Positions 35,395 through 46,048 of a stretch of DNA of 64,000 nucleotides are shown here, piece after piece. This stretch comes from a virus. Its lineage: Duplodnaviria; Heunggongvirae; Uroviricota; Caudoviricetes. The stretch is from the IMG/VR virus record IMGVR_UViG_3300031565_000009; one strand, written 5' to 3'. The notes below the pieces were generated by a model. That model had not been told where the DNA came from. It saw only the letters and a list, made by a program, of their open reading frames with translations, and did no database searches. Position numbers and translations under genes: made by a program. Position 1 is the stretch's first letter; each line of letters begins with the position of its first letter.

Positions 35395-35798
35395 TACAAC
35401 TCCTCCCCCTCGAACTCGATCTCGACTGTCTGAAGTTCGCCTCGCGGCATCGGGTCGATGGCGGGTGCTGCCTTCTGCTGAGACTCAAACTCGAAGGGAT
35501 TACTCGTGAAATGCCCCAGCCAAATTCGTCCGCGATGGTCGGTGATACGAATCTTGGAGGCGAAGTAGGACAACAGGAAGGCCCGGACCTCCAGGGCCTT
35601 GGTGCGACTCAATCGGAAGGTCCAGTACATCTTTCGTCGATCGCGGCGTTTCACGTAGGTATACCGCGTGCCGTCCATCGCCGTTCTCCGCGACACCGAA
35701 CTCAGCAGCGCCTCCTGATCGGAGAACAGCGGATTCGGTAGTCGGGAGAGAGTTTGCAGAGCAGGGAATGGTGCCTCCATGATGAAGGACATGGCCAC
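35394..35798 (-). CDS. tail/baseplate assembly protein
   Basis: 134 aa with a start/stop overlap. Sits between the large tail proteins. Confidence 0.3.
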   Translation of the reverse strand: MAMSFIMEAPFPALQTLSRLPNPLFSDQEALLSSVSRRTAMDGTRYTYVKRRDRRKMYWTFRLSRTKALEVRAFLLSYFASKIRITDHRGRIWLGHFTSNPFEFESQQKAAPAIDPMPRGELQTVEIEFEGEEL

Positions 35799-35804
35799 CT
35801 CCGG

Positions 35805-37697
35805 TTATGGACTGTACGTGGTTAGCTCACCCTCGAACTCGAAGCTGACCGAGTAGCCCCACTTCCCATCGTGAACCGCCGGGTCTGTGGTGTTGACGAT
35901 CACTCCTTTCCAGTATCGCTGCTCCCAATCGAGCAGGCCGATCTCCAGACCGAGGTGGTCTTCCATGAACACCAGGAGGCCGGCCACCTCATCCCAGGAA
36001 AGCCCCTCGAATTGGACGGCAAGCGACTGAATCTTGGGCCAAATGGGGTCCGCGAATACCACCAGGGTTCCACCCCGGGTCTCACGGCTGATCCGATTCA
36101 TCTGCAACCGATCACGATTCCCAAACTGGGGAGCCCGCAGAATCAGCGTGTCATCAAATGGCCCCACCACCGGGTAGACCAACGTGAACCTGTCCGTGAC
36201 ACCGGGTATCGGCAACTCCACGCCAGCCAACTCGCCCGGAGGCGGCGTCGGACCACCCGTACCGCCACCAACAAAGGGATGATAGGTACACTCGACATCG
36301 GCATACGGGTTGTACCACAAGCTGGCCTCGCCCAGTGTGAGGGTATCCACAACCGTCAGGATGCGGGCAATGTGATAGACAGCCGAATCGCTAAGGCTGA
36401 GGGAATCCACAAACAACTTGGACAGAACCGGCGTAGCAGTCTCCGTGAGCGACAGGACATCCACACTGATAGGCGTCAAGCTGCTCCAGGCCAGGTCGGT
36501 AAGTGCCAGGGTATCTTCCGCCACCCCGGGCAAGGCGTCTGCACGAATGCGGATGCCCGTGGCATGATCGCCCAGGCTCAGGTTGTCCACAACCGGAAAT
36601 GACTCACCCCGCAAGACAAAGGCCACCGCCAAATCCTGCAATCCAATCAAGTAGTCATAGAACTCCCCTGAGACTGGATCGTATTCCTGATACACCGCCT
36701 GGAGATCGTCTTCGGCCGAACAGTAGCGCGGGCCGGTGACAAAGGCCGTATCATGCAGGTAAAGGAGTGCATCACCAGTGCCGCGATTATAGGTGCCTCC
36801 ACAATCAGCCGTATCACTCAGGTCCACTAACGACGAGGTAGCCCCGACATGATTCGTCACCACCGTCGCATTGTCCGAAAGCGAGAGGGTGTCCAGCCCA
36901 AACAAGGATGTTACCCCCACTGCCTCGTCGCTAAGACTCAGGGTATCAGACACCCCATAAATGAGGGCCGCTGTCTCCGTCAACGACAGCGTATCAGTTG
37001 CAATGCCGATCTTCGGACGGATGCCTTGGGCAGTGTCCGATATACTGAAAGTATCAGTGGCCCGCCTATAGAATACCCCATCCACCTCGGCGACATCCGT
37101 AATCGACAGGGTGTCTTCACCGCGATTGAACACCTCCTCGGCAGCATCCGCCAGTGACAGCGTGTCCTGTGCTGAACGGGCGTAGACCGCCAGATATGAT
37201 CCCGTATCCGAAAGACTCAGAGTGTCAGCGATAGTATAGATGCGCTCTACAACGGCGTACTCCATCAACACCAGTGAATCATACACCGGCTTAACTACTT
37301 CGGATGTCGCCGTATCAATGATTGATGCGAGGCTATCGAAGCCCTGACACCGCCACACAAAGTCCACATCTATGCTATCAGACAGATCGAGTACATCAGT
37401 CGGTGCGCGAACAAAAATGGCCTCGCGCGATGCCGCATCACTCGCAGCAATCGTATCCGACACCTCAACAAGGCCGGGCAACAGTATCACACTGGCTTCA
37501 TCGCTAATTACCAGTGAATCATTCACTGGTATCACTACCAACCCGCCAACTGCCAACTCTGACAATGCTAACGTGTCTGTCGCCGCCGTCTCAATGCCGA
37601 GTGACCAAAGCACCTCTACGTACTGCTGCGACATACGCGCAGTACCGTCGCCTGTGCCCAGCACTTCAACGAATTGTCGAGTGGCACGGGCAACCAT
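35805..37697 (-). CDS. tail tip/baseplate protein with DTLSLSD-type degenerate repeats
   Basis: 630 aa with (S/T)DTLSL(S/T)D heptad-like repeats repeated more than 15 times, consistent with a beta-helix-like domain. Confidence 0.4.
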   Translation of the reverse strand: MVARATRQFVEVLGTGDGTARMSQQYVEVLWSLGIETAATDTLALSELAVGGLVVIPVNDSLVISDEASVILLPGLVEVSDTIAASDAASREAIFVRAPTDVLDLSDSIDVDFVWRCQGFDSLASIIDTATSEVVKPVYDSLVLMEYAVVERIYTIADTLSLSDTGSYLAVYARSAQDTLSLADAAEEVFNRGEDTLSITDVAEVDGVFYRRATDTFSISDTAQGIRPKIGIATDTLSLTETAALIYGVSDTLSLSDEAVGVTSLFGLDTLSLSDNATVVTNHVGATSSLVDLSDTADCGGTYNRGTGDALLYLHDTAFVTGPRYCSAEDDLQAVYQEYDPVSGEFYDYLIGLQDLAVAFVLRGESFPVVDNLSLGDHATGIRIRADALPGVAEDTLALTDLAWSSLTPISVDVLSLTETATPVLSKLFVDSLSLSDSAVYHIARILTVVDTLTLGEASLWYNPYADVECTYHPFVGGGTGGPTPPPGELAGVELPIPGVTDRFTLVYPVVGPFDDTLILRAPQFGNRDRLQMNRISRETRGGTLVVFADPIWPKIQSLAVQFEGLSWDEVAGLLVFMEDHLGLEIGLLDWEQRYWKGVIVNTTDPAVHDGKWGYSVSFEFEGELTTYSP

Positions 37698-37698
37698 C

Positions 37699-38730
37699 TT
37701 ATCCCACCTTTACACCAAATTGCGCTGCATTGACTCCGCTGACAGTCCAGGCGGCAGCAGTATCAGGGTCAAGTTCGACGATCCGGCGATAATCGGCATA
37801 CGAGGCGGCCAAAGCCTGGCCTGCATCGTCTGAATCCGTCGTGCCTGAATGACACGTTGTTTTCAAGTCGAATGACGTGGCATCCGTGATTCGGGCTTGC
37901 GTGTTCACTTGCAGACCCTTGATTCCCCCCGTTACGTATTGGAGGGAGGCATAATCATACAAGTCTTTGTGGTCTGAGATGTCATCCTCGACATACTCAG
38001 CGTCATCGTTGCACTCGGCCTCGTCCACAAGAGCATAGTGGTCCGTACCGGAACTCGGTGTCCACTGCGTCGTGCCACCATCTGCATCGGGAAAAATGGC
38101 CTCGACACGGCAGTTCCCAAGAAAGTCGTTGTTCTGCGAGCCCGTGCTATCCAGGAAGTAGAGATCGTCAAAAGTTGGAATACTTCCAGTTGCACAGTAA
38201 AGCTGAAAGCAGTTGTGGTAATCGTGGCTGCCTGCTTTCGTGTTGACACCTGACCCACTCAAAACAGCGGAACCATCAACTCGCAACTCGTAGCTGCCTG
38301 TCGTCGCATTGCACGTCACCTTGAACTCGACGTAATACCAAGTTGCTGCCACCAATCCTAAACCGGACGTAATGGCGAGTTGCGTGACCCCCCGTCTGAC
38401 TTCCAACTCCCCTCCTGTTGTAATCCTCACAGTCATGCCTTGAGTAGCATCGTCAAACAACATGATGAAATCAGCCGCCGTGGGGATGGTGGTGAATTGG
38501 ACCGCTGCGCCCAGCACCACGGTAGCATTCGTCGTCAAGTTCACAGAACGGATGCGCTGCCCATTACTCGTCAACTGCAAGCCATAGCCAGCAAAGCGCC
38601 CAGCTTCGACATCCAAGAAGGATTCCGTGTCAACGGTGGCATACTTTCTGGCAACAATTCCAGAAGGTGCGGGTACACCCCCAACAGTAGTCCCGAATCC
38701 CTCGAAACCTTCAATCCAGAGCATTGCCAT
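37699..38730 (-). CDS. tail tip protein
   Basis: 343 aa, adjacent to the repeat protein. Confidence 0.35.
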   Translation of the reverse strand: MAMLWIEGFEGFGTTVGGVPAPSGIVARKYATVDTESFLDVEAGRFAGYGLQLTSNGQRIRSVNLTTNATVVLGAAVQFTTIPTAADFIMLFDDATQGMTVRITTGGELEVRRGVTQLAITSGLGLVAATWYYVEFKVTCNATTGSYELRVDGSAVLSGSGVNTKAGSHDYHNCFQLYCATGSIPTFDDLYFLDSTGSQNNDFLGNCRVEAIFPDADGGTTQWTPSSGTDHYALVDEAECNDDAEYVEDDISDHKDLYDYASLQYVTGGIKGLQVNTQARITDATSFDLKTTCHSGTTDSDDAGQALAASYADYRRIVELDPDTAAAWTVSGVNAAQFGVKVG

Positions 38731-38805
38731 CGCTGCACCTCAACAGAAATAGGCCGGGTCGGGGCCGAGAGACCCCGGCCCGGCCTTGGCGAGGGAGAGT
38801 TTCCG

Positions 38806-39405
38806 TTACGAATTGACGGTATACGTGACCTTCAACTGGTCGTTGTTGGCAACGGTCACATACCCACCACTGAAGGCGGTCGCCGCCCAGAGAGTGTTGC
38901 CGGCAGTCGCATCACCCTTCGTGGCGGCCTGGGTGCCGGCGGCCAGGAAGAGCCCGTAGACCGCACCCGAGCCAGTGATATTGTAGACCACCGGCGTGCT
39001 GTTGGTGATCGAGCCAGCCGCCGCAGCGTCTTCGGTCCACTCACCACGAGTGGACTCGCTGTACGTCGTGAACTCGTCCCAGCCATTGGTTGTGCCGATC
39101 CCTTCGTAGGTATTCCCCGCGACCGGGGGCGTGACACCGGCATTGTCGATCAGGCCGATGTACCACGTCGCCAAGGCCGAGACGGCATGGAACATCACGT
39201 CCAACAGCTTCGTCTTGCCTTCGGTCACAATGACGTTCGGAACGATATAGCGGCCGATCACCTTGCCGTCACGCAGGTGCTCGACCACGAACTTGCCGCG
39301 AAGCGGCAGCTTGTCGGACAGGCAGTGGGTGGCGGCGGCGGCGGCGGCGGCGGGAACCAACTCGCAGTGAGCCCGTTCACGCAGATTCAAAAAAGAACAA
39401 GTCAT
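38806..39405 (-). CDS. tail protein downstream of the tape measure (Dit-like position)
   Basis: 199 aa. A (GCC)7 run encodes poly-Ala near the N-terminus. Confidence 0.3.
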   Translation of the reverse strand: MTCSFLNLRERAHCELVPAAAAAAATHCLSDKLPLRGKFVVEHLRDGKVIGRYIVPNVIVTEGKTKLLDVMFHAVSALATWYIGLIDNAGVTPPVAGNTYEGIGTTNGWDEFTTYSESTRGEWTEDAAAAGSITNSTPVVYNITGSGAVYGLFLAAGTQAATKGDATAGNTLWAATAFSGGYVTVANNDQLKVTYTVNS

Positions 39406-39421
39406 GGTTTCTCCTCAGTCA

Positions 39422-42400
39422 CTACAGGGTTGAAGTGCCACGCCGCAATTCACGTCGAAGTTCAGCGGCGATGGACCGAGCCGTTTGGCGGCTGGTTCCG
39501 CCGCCGTTCACTGACACATTGATGTCGCCGACGTTCGTGACGCTGCCACCTTCGCTACGGAAGACAGGCTGGACGCCAGCGTTCATGGCAACAAGCTGCG
39601 ATGCGAACTTCCTTGTGGACGCAGCATTCATCACAAATTCGCCCGGCGAGAGCATCGCCGGGATCACATCCGTGCCAACTACGCCGCCGGCCGCCAGATA
39701 CCGCACGGGGCCACCCTTGGCCGCCGTAAAATCGGCCGAAGATGGAACGCGCACATTCAGCGATGCTATCGCCAACGATTGCATGGCACCGGCGGCCTGG
39801 CCGATCTGGCTGACCAGCCTGCTCATATCCGTATTGGCCACCTGAGCAAGGTTATTAGCGGCCGCGCCAGCACTGAGGGCGGCCTGATCCGTCGCGCCGC
39901 GTGTCTGCCTGGCCGCCTCCTCAGCGGCCTTCAATGCCTCCTGGATTCCGGGAATCTCCTGACGGGCTCGGGTAGCTTCAGCCTTCAGAGCCTTGACGCC
40001 ACCCTTCAAATCCATTGCTCGCACAGCTTGATCGGCCGCCGTTTCCGCTTCACCTATGAACTCTTGCAGTGCCGCGCGGCTTTTCACGTCAGGCTTAATC
40101 GTTTCGAGATACTTCTTGTAGGCATCATTGAGAGCCTGAAACTGTTTCTCGTCGATCTTGGCCCCAGGCACAGTGAACTTCTCGGCTGCGGAAACAAAGG
40201 TCAGGATGACATCCGACACCGCCTTGTACTTCTCGGGGAAGTTCGACCGCATCAGCCTGTCGTTCAAGACCTTGGCTTCCTTCGTGCCAGATTCCTTCAC
40301 CCATCTCGACAGCACATTGCGGGCATCTTCCTGTTTCTTGGAAATCACATTCGTGGTTTCCTTCAAGGCATCGCCCAACTGTCGATATTTGGTGATAACC
40401 TGCTCTGACTGCCGCAACTGATGCGAGAAGTAGCTAACCGACTCTTCCGCAGACATGCCCTCCGTCTCTTTCGCAAGTTGCGGGCTGATTTCCTTCACCC
40501 GCTCGATCAATATGCGAAACGGGCCAACACCCTTTTCGATGTCCTGGCGAAACTGAGCGAAGGTTCGCTCTTCTGCGAATATCCGCTTCACCTCGACATC
40601 ACTGACGCCACCCTCCACCACGGTCGATATGCGCTGTTGCAGCTTATCCAGTCCAAGAAAATCGGAGATACTTACCTGCTTGCCGCCCAACCAGTCCTTT
40701 TGCAGTTTGGCCAGGTTTTCGCGCAGCGCCTTCTGCTGCTCCTCCAATTGCTTGGGCGTCTTCGCCCCTTGCTTATTGAACGCCTGGAGTGCGTCGAGAA
40801 TAGCCTTCATCGACACCTTCATGCGATTCGCACGAGCCTGCTCCTCGGCAGCCGTTTTGGCGGCCTCTTGAGTCTGCTTCGCCTGCAATGCTTGAAGCTG
40901 CCGTTCGGCATTGATCTTCTGTCGGTAGACGCCCAGCACGTTGCGATGGGCATCTTCCTGCAACAGCACGCTCTTTGTGCTGCTGGCAATCGACTGGGCC
41001 TCCTGAGCCGCCGCTTCTGCACGCTGCTGTACCGCCAGGGCGGCCTGAATCTGCTCCTCGGTCTTGGCCCCGGAAAAAGCATCGGCCGCTTCACGTGCCA
41101 ACTGGCGGCTTCGCCGCATGTACTCATTCGCCCGCTGGCCGGCGTCAGCCTGCTGCGCACGAAACTTGAAAACGGCGTCCGAATACTGCGCCTCGCCCTG
41201 AAGCTGGCGCTGCTGCGACTGCTGTACCGCTCGCAAGGCTTCATTGGCCGCCCGGCGGTAGGCGCTAACAACCCGCCCCTGCGAGGAGACCATCGACTGC
41301 AACGTCGCGCGATCACTCTCAATGATCTCTTTGTTCTTGTCTTTCAGTTCATCGAGGGCATGAAAGTAATTACGCCGAATCACGGCGGCGCGATTCTCCC
41401 AATTCTTATTGGACTCACGAAGCGCCGCCAACTCCGCTTCACGAACCTTTCGATGCTTCTCCTCCTCGTCCTTGATGAACTCCAAAGTCGCCTGACGTTG
41501 CTCCGACGCCATCTTGCGAATGTCGGCAACCGCCTGAGCCGAGGCATACGCGGAGGCCCCCGCAAACAGCGTGACGGCGGCCGTGACTCCGGCAAACGCC
41601 AGCCCGAGAGGACCGAGCGAAATGTTTGCAACCGCAAACCCCACCCCAAGCGCGATGAAGGCCGCCGCCGCCGGAACGGCCGCCGCCGCAAGGGCCTGGA
41701 TAATCGACGCCAGGTTGTCGGCACCGCCGGCAAACTGGATGATCGCGTTGAGCACTTGAATAATGGCCGATCCCAACTCCTCGGTGAGTGTGACCTTGAC
41801 CTTGTTGAGCGAAGCAGTCAGCTTCTCGGCGTCCGTGCTGCGAAACTCCTCGAAGACTTTATTCAGAGACTCCGGCGTAGACTCAGCCATCGCCTCCAAT
41901 GCCTTGTGAACTTGTTCCGCACCACTCTGGCTGAGTCGCAATTCGGCGACCATGCCACGGATATTAGGGATACTCTTGGCAATCTTCGACCCCATGTTGT
42001 CCGCAGCATTAGCGACCGCCTCAATCGCGCCCTGGAAACCCTTAGCCGCAATAAGCTGATCGGGCGAGCCGAAACCCAACTCCCGGACGACCCGCTTCAA
42101 ATCTTCCGAAGGCTTCAAGAACTGCACCATGACCGACCGCAGGCTAGTCATAGTCTTGTGGGCGTTCATACCACCGATGGTCATAGCCACGATGGCGGCG
42201 TTCAACTCGTCCAGACTTATGCCCAACTGGGACGCAAATGGGATTGCCGCACCGATGGTGTCCGCCAGTTCCTTCCCACGGATTCGCCCCAGGCGGATCG
42301 TATTGAAGAACTTCGCGGCCACAGCCTCGGCCTCACTGGAGGCCATGCCGTAAGCATTCAGCGTCCCCGTGACTAACAGGATCGAGTCCTGGAGGTCCAT

Positions 42401-43162
42401 TGCCCCAACGCGAGCCAATTTCATAGAGGCGGCCATCACATTCGCCCGCTCACTCACCGTGGCGAACTGGTTCGAGATCGACTGATACAAGCCCTCCGAG
42501 ACCTGGGGCAGGGGGATGTTGAAGTTCTTAGAAAACTCGGCCGCCTCACGGCTCAGGCTGGTGAAGTCGCGACCAATAGTTGGGGCGATAGTGCGGATTT
42601 CCGCGATGGCCTGCTGAAACTCAATGGCGGATCGGGTGGCCTCTTTCAAGGCATCCCGAATGCTGGACATGGCGCGAACAATAAGCTGCGTTGTTACCAC
42701 CCGAGCCAACGTCTCGAAGCTGACCACAAACTTGTGGGTATGTTGCGTAGCATTACTGGTGGCATTGCCGGCATTAGTCATACCGCCGGCAATCTTCTGA
42801 CCAGCCTGCTGCCCAGCCTGACCAACCTTGGCCATTGCCCGGGCTGCCTGTTGCGCCTGCGACTGAAAGCCGGGCGGCAGCCAAAGCTGCGAGGCCGGAG
42901 TCTGGGCGGGGGCTGCCGCAGCCGGGGCCGCAGCCGGGGCTGCGCCGGCACCCTGCATCGCGCCCGCCACGCGGGTCGCCGCTGAGGCCAAACCACGCAT
43001 GGTGGCAAGGGCTGCGGCAGCGCGGCCATTCCAGGCATCAAGCGAGGCACCGAACGTATTGAACGAGGCCCTGGCCGCCTTCAATGCCTCATCGAGGCGA
43101 TTGAGGGCCGACAAGGCTTCGCTCACATCGAAGCCTAGTTTGTTGATAATCTCGTCGGCCAT
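39422..43162 (-). CDS. tail tape measure protein
   Basis: 1246 aa, Ala/Gln-rich and alpha-helical or coiled-coil throughout. Canonical position after the chaperones. Confidence 0.75.
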   Translation of the reverse strand: MADEIINKLGFDVSEALSALNRLDEALKAARASFNTFGASLDAWNGRAAAALATMRGLASAATRVAGAMQGAGAAPAAAPAAAAPAQTPASQLWLPPGFQSQAQQAARAMAKVGQAGQQAGQKIAGGMTNAGNATSNATQHTHKFVVSFETLARVVTTQLIVRAMSSIRDALKEATRSAIEFQQAIAEIRTIAPTIGRDFTSLSREAAEFSKNFNIPLPQVSEGLYQSISNQFATVSERANVMAASMKLARVGAMDLQDSILLVTGTLNAYGMASSEAEAVAAKFFNTIRLGRIRGKELADTIGAAIPFASQLGISLDELNAAIVAMTIGGMNAHKTMTSLRSVMVQFLKPSEDLKRVVRELGFGSPDQLIAAKGFQGAIEAVANAADNMGSKIAKSIPNIRGMVAELRLSQSGAEQVHKALEAMAESTPESLNKVFEEFRSTDAEKLTASLNKVKVTLTEELGSAIIQVLNAIIQFAGGADNLASIIQALAAAAVPAAAAFIALGVGFAVANISLGPLGLAFAGVTAAVTLFAGASAYASAQAVADIRKMASEQRQATLEFIKDEEEKHRKVREAELAALRESNKNWENRAAVIRRNYFHALDELKDKNKEIIESDRATLQSMVSSQGRVVSAYRRAANEALRAVQQSQQRQLQGEAQYSDAVFKFRAQQADAGQRANEYMRRSRQLAREAADAFSGAKTEEQIQAALAVQQRAEAAAQEAQSIASSTKSVLLQEDAHRNVLGVYRQKINAERQLQALQAKQTQEAAKTAAEEQARANRMKVSMKAILDALQAFNKQGAKTPKQLEEQQKALRENLAKLQKDWLGGKQVSISDFLGLDKLQQRISTVVEGGVSDVEVKRIFAEERTFAQFRQDIEKGVGPFRILIERVKEISPQLAKETEGMSAEESVSYFSHQLRQSEQVITKYRQLGDALKETTNVISKKQEDARNVLSRWVKESGTKEAKVLNDRLMRSNFPEKYKAVSDVILTFVSAAEKFTVPGAKIDEKQFQALNDAYKKYLETIKPDVKSRAALQEFIGEAETAADQAVRAMDLKGGVKALKAEATRARQEIPGIQEALKAAEEAARQTRGATDQAALSAGAAANNLAQVANTDMSRLVSQIGQAAGAMQSLAIASLNVRVPSSADFTAAKGGPVRYLAAGGVVGTDVIPAMLSPGEFVMNAASTRKFASQLVAMNAGVQPVFRSEGGSVTNVGDINVSVNGGGTSRQTARSIAAELRRELRRGTSTL

Positions 43163-43170
43163 TCGTCACC

Positions 43171-43679
43171 TCACTTGATCCGCTGCGCCCTGACAAAGGG
43201 CGCAACCGCCGGCAGCTTGACCTTCTCCGCAAACCGCTGAAACGCATCGGTCCCCTTGACCTGAAACATATAGGGGCCTTCCTTCCAGACCCGGTAGAAG
43301 AGCGTTGGGTCCGGCTCGATGTTGGCGTTGTGGTACTCGTTCCAGATCAGCCAGGGAAGCGTCGTGCCGTAGCCGAAGGTGTAAAGACCCTTATTGATGT
43401 CGGCAACCACTTCGCCGCTGCTCTGCGAGACACCCTGGGCCGTGCGGTTGATAGCCGGGGGCGTGATGTCGATGGCGTAGTTGATCTCCTGTGCCAGCTT
43501 CAGGAAGGTCGCCCTTGATGCTCCGCTCCAGACCGGAATCTCGCGCAGCACCGTATCCAGCCATTCCATCGTGGCCTGGGCAATTGCCTCGCCCATATCA
43601 CGGTGCAGTTCCTTCCTGTAGGCCATGATGTTAATGGCCGGCAAAGCAAAGGTGCGCGTAAACTTCATGGTCAGGAGCC
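43171..43679 (-). CDS. tail assembly protein (T-position ORF)
   Basis: The plausible start is MKFTRTFALPAIN at 43679. The track ORF extends to 44100 in an R/W-rich, probably non-coding frame. Confidence 0.3.
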
Positions 43680-43864
43680 TCGCCGTCGTCGGGGTGGCCG
43701 TGCGGATGGCGGCAGCGTTGCCTCGGAGGGCTTCCTTGCCCCCATAAGTTGAGCCTCCCGCTCGGACTCGTCGTAACTCGCCGTCTGATCGAAGGCGACG
43801 ATCAACGCCTGGGTCTCCAACCCGCACTCGTCCCACGACTGGCGCACGCCGGGTGGGCGAATGC

Positions 43865-44467
43865 CTAGTCTTGCGCAGGCTTTCCAGATGGAGTGTTCGC
43901 CAGTGCGGTAAGTTGGCCAGAGAACTCGGGCGGCATCGGACCCTGACCAGCAAGAAAAACCTCGCGAGCCTTTTGCAGCTTCGCTTCATCCAGCGCGTTG
44001 GCCTCCATGACCAGCGCCAGCACGCGGTTGCACTCGATCTGGGTGAGGCCGCCATCCAGCAGGTCTTTCTCCCAGTTGGCCCAGGTCCGCTGGTCGTCAA
44101 GTTTCACCATGTCCCATTCGATCTCGCTCGGCTGGAGTGAGCGGGTCACAATGTAGCCGAGGCGCTTCTTCGACCAGGCGGCCAGAATTTGCTGGTAGGT
44201 CGGGTCCTCCGCGTTGGCAACCCAGCCATCCTTCGTCAGCTTTCCGGGTGGCTTGGGCTGAGGGCAAAGGGCTTCAAATTCGTCTGTGTCCTTCAGGCCG
44301 CGAGCCCGAAACACGATCTTGTCTTCGCCGCGCGGCAGGACCAGCACGACTTCATTGCACAGGGTCTTGGGGTCGATTCCACCAATCTTCATGTTCTTTC
44401 TCCACTCGCTAGGAAAAGAAAACGGCGGGCGGCTGGCTACAACGCCGGCCGCCCGCCGGTCGATCAA
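43865..44467 (-). CDS. tail assembly chaperone (G-like position)
   Basis: 200 aa immediately upstream of the tape measure. The likely start is MKIGGIDPKTL. Confidence 0.4.
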   Translation of the reverse strand: MIDRRAAGVVASRPPFSFPSEWRKNMKIGGIDPKTLCNEVVLVLPRGEDKIVFRARGLKDTDEFEALCPQPKPPGKLTKDGWVANAEDPTYQQILAAWSKKRLGYIVTRSLQPSEIEWDMVKLDDQRTWANWEKDLLDGGLTQIECNRVLALVMEANALDEAKLQKAREVFLAGQGPMPPEFSGQLTALANTPSGKPAQD

Positions 44468-44545
44468 AACAGCTAGTCTTCAAGACTAGCCAAACCGCCC
44501 TCAAAAGAGGCGGGGAGTCGTCTTTACTGCCGCAAGCCACCGCGC

Positions 44546-44983
44546 TTAGATGCGGTTGACAATCGGCTCGATCACGTTGCACTTGCCGGTGATCGAGATC
44601 GTGGCGTCCTTCAGATTGATCTCGGCCGTCTCATGTCGGAAATCGGGAAACTGCGTGGTCTCGTCCTGGTTGGTGCCGCAGGGGACGTTGTGCTCCACCT
44701 CCATGTCCACGGCATACGGCTCGCACTGGTCTGCGGCAGAACTGAACCAGCCGGCCGCTGCACCCTTCTGCTTCAGGGCGTCGAGCGGACTGATGTTCTC
44801 GTTGGTGCCGGTCGTGATATGCTCGTAGACGCACTCGATGCGCACGTCCATCGGGACTTCATCGCCCTCCCGCACCGTGTCCAGGTCGCCCCGGTCGAGC
44901 AGATAGTCGTAGGACTTATGCTCAGTGTAAGTGAGGTTGCCGTCGCCGATCTTGATCTCCAACTGCTGGGGCAGGAAGGTGAT
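44546..44983. repeat. direct repeat copy 1 (~438 bp, ~192 bp perfect)
   Basis: About 90% identical to 45611-46048. The stretch 44792-44983 is 100% identical to 45856-46048. Confidence 0.85.
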
Positions 44984-45559
44984 CGGATCATCCTCCGACG
45001 GGACATCGCCAGCGGGAATCACGGGGGCGAAGGTCAACTCCCAAGTCGTCGCACCCTCGCGATCCACCACGACCGAAATCACCGGAGTGGTGCCGATCAG
45101 TTCCCCATCATCCGCCGTCACGGCCCCAACATTCGTCGCGGCCAACGTGCCAGTGAACTCAATTCGATAGGGGCCTCCATCAATGCCAGTCACCGCGACA
45201 TTGCCGGTCCCAATGGTGGAAAGCACTTCCAAAGCAGCATCAACTGCTGAAGCTGGCGCATCATAGGCAAGGGCAGTCGTGGTTTGACCGCCAAATGACA
45301 GGGTAAAGGTGCCGCCCGTGGCCCCCGTTATGGTCACGGTCACAACCTCGTTCGAGTTGACAGCCGTGATCGTATATTCAGTAATGCTCACCTCGAAGTG
45401 AGCACCCACCGGGACAATCGTGACGCCGTTCGTAAGGCCGGTCAGCGTGTCGATCTCCATCGTTGATTCACCCTGCGCGGGTGTATCGTCAACCAGAGCC
45501 GATCCGCCAAACCCATCCTTCAGGCGAACTATGCAATCACGCAGTTCGATTCGTGCCAT
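44546..45559 (-). CDS. major tail protein paralog A (337 aa)
   Basis: MTP position. Shares its N-terminal 16 aa and C-terminal ~147 aa with paralog B. A unique T/G/V-rich middle domain looks Ig-like. Confidence 0.45.
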   Translation of the reverse strand: MARIELRDCIVRLKDGFGGSALVDDTPAQGESTMEIDTLTGLTNGVTIVPVGAHFEVSITEYTITAVNSNEVVTVTITGATGGTFTLSFGGQTTTALAYDAPASAVDAALEVLSTIGTGNVAVTGIDGGPYRIEFTGTLAATNVGAVTADDGELIGTTPVISVVVDREGATTWELTFAPVIPAGDVPSEDDPITFLPQQLEIKIGDGNLTYTEHKSYDYLLDRGDLDTVREGDEVPMDVRIECVYEHITTGTNENISPLDALKQKGAAAGWFSSAADQCEPYAVDMEVEHNVPCGTNQDETTQFPDFRHETAEINLKDATISITGKCNVIEPIVNRI

Positions 45560-45610
45560 TGTCTAAGGGTTCCTTTCTTGACACAGGGTCATTGTGCCGC
45601 AAGTCGTTGC

Positions 45611-46048
45611 TTAGATGCGGTTGACAATCGGCTCGGTCGCGTTGCTCTTGCCGGTAATCGAGATCGTGGCATCCTTCAGGTTGATCTCGGCTGTCTCGTG
45701 CCGGAAATCCGGAAACTGCGTGGTCTCGTCCTGGTTCGTGCCACAGGGGACGTTGTGCTCCACCTCCACGTCCACGGAATACGGCTCGCATTGGTCTGCG
45801 GCAGCACTGACCCATTCCGTTGCCTTGCCCTTCTGCTTCAGGGCGTCGAGCAGACTGATGTTCTCGTTGGTGCCGGTCGTGATATGCTCGTAGACGCACT
45901 CGATGCGCACGTCCATCGGGACTTCATCGCCCTCCCGCACCGTGTCCAGGTCGCCCCGGTCGAGCAGATAGTCGTAGGACTTATGCTCAGTGTAAGTGAG
46001 GTTGCCGTCGCCGATCTTGATCTCCAACTGCTGGGGCAGGAAGGTGAT
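45611..46048. repeat. direct repeat copy 2
   Basis: Partner of 44546-44983. The intergenic leaders are also similar. Confidence 0.85.

Noticed and set aside
43171-44100. A 309-aa ORF in the ORF track, read as a G-T frameshift fusion partner
   Set aside because: Its N-terminal 130 aa are R/W-rich, off-frame-like sequence. The plausible protein starts at MKFT (43679).
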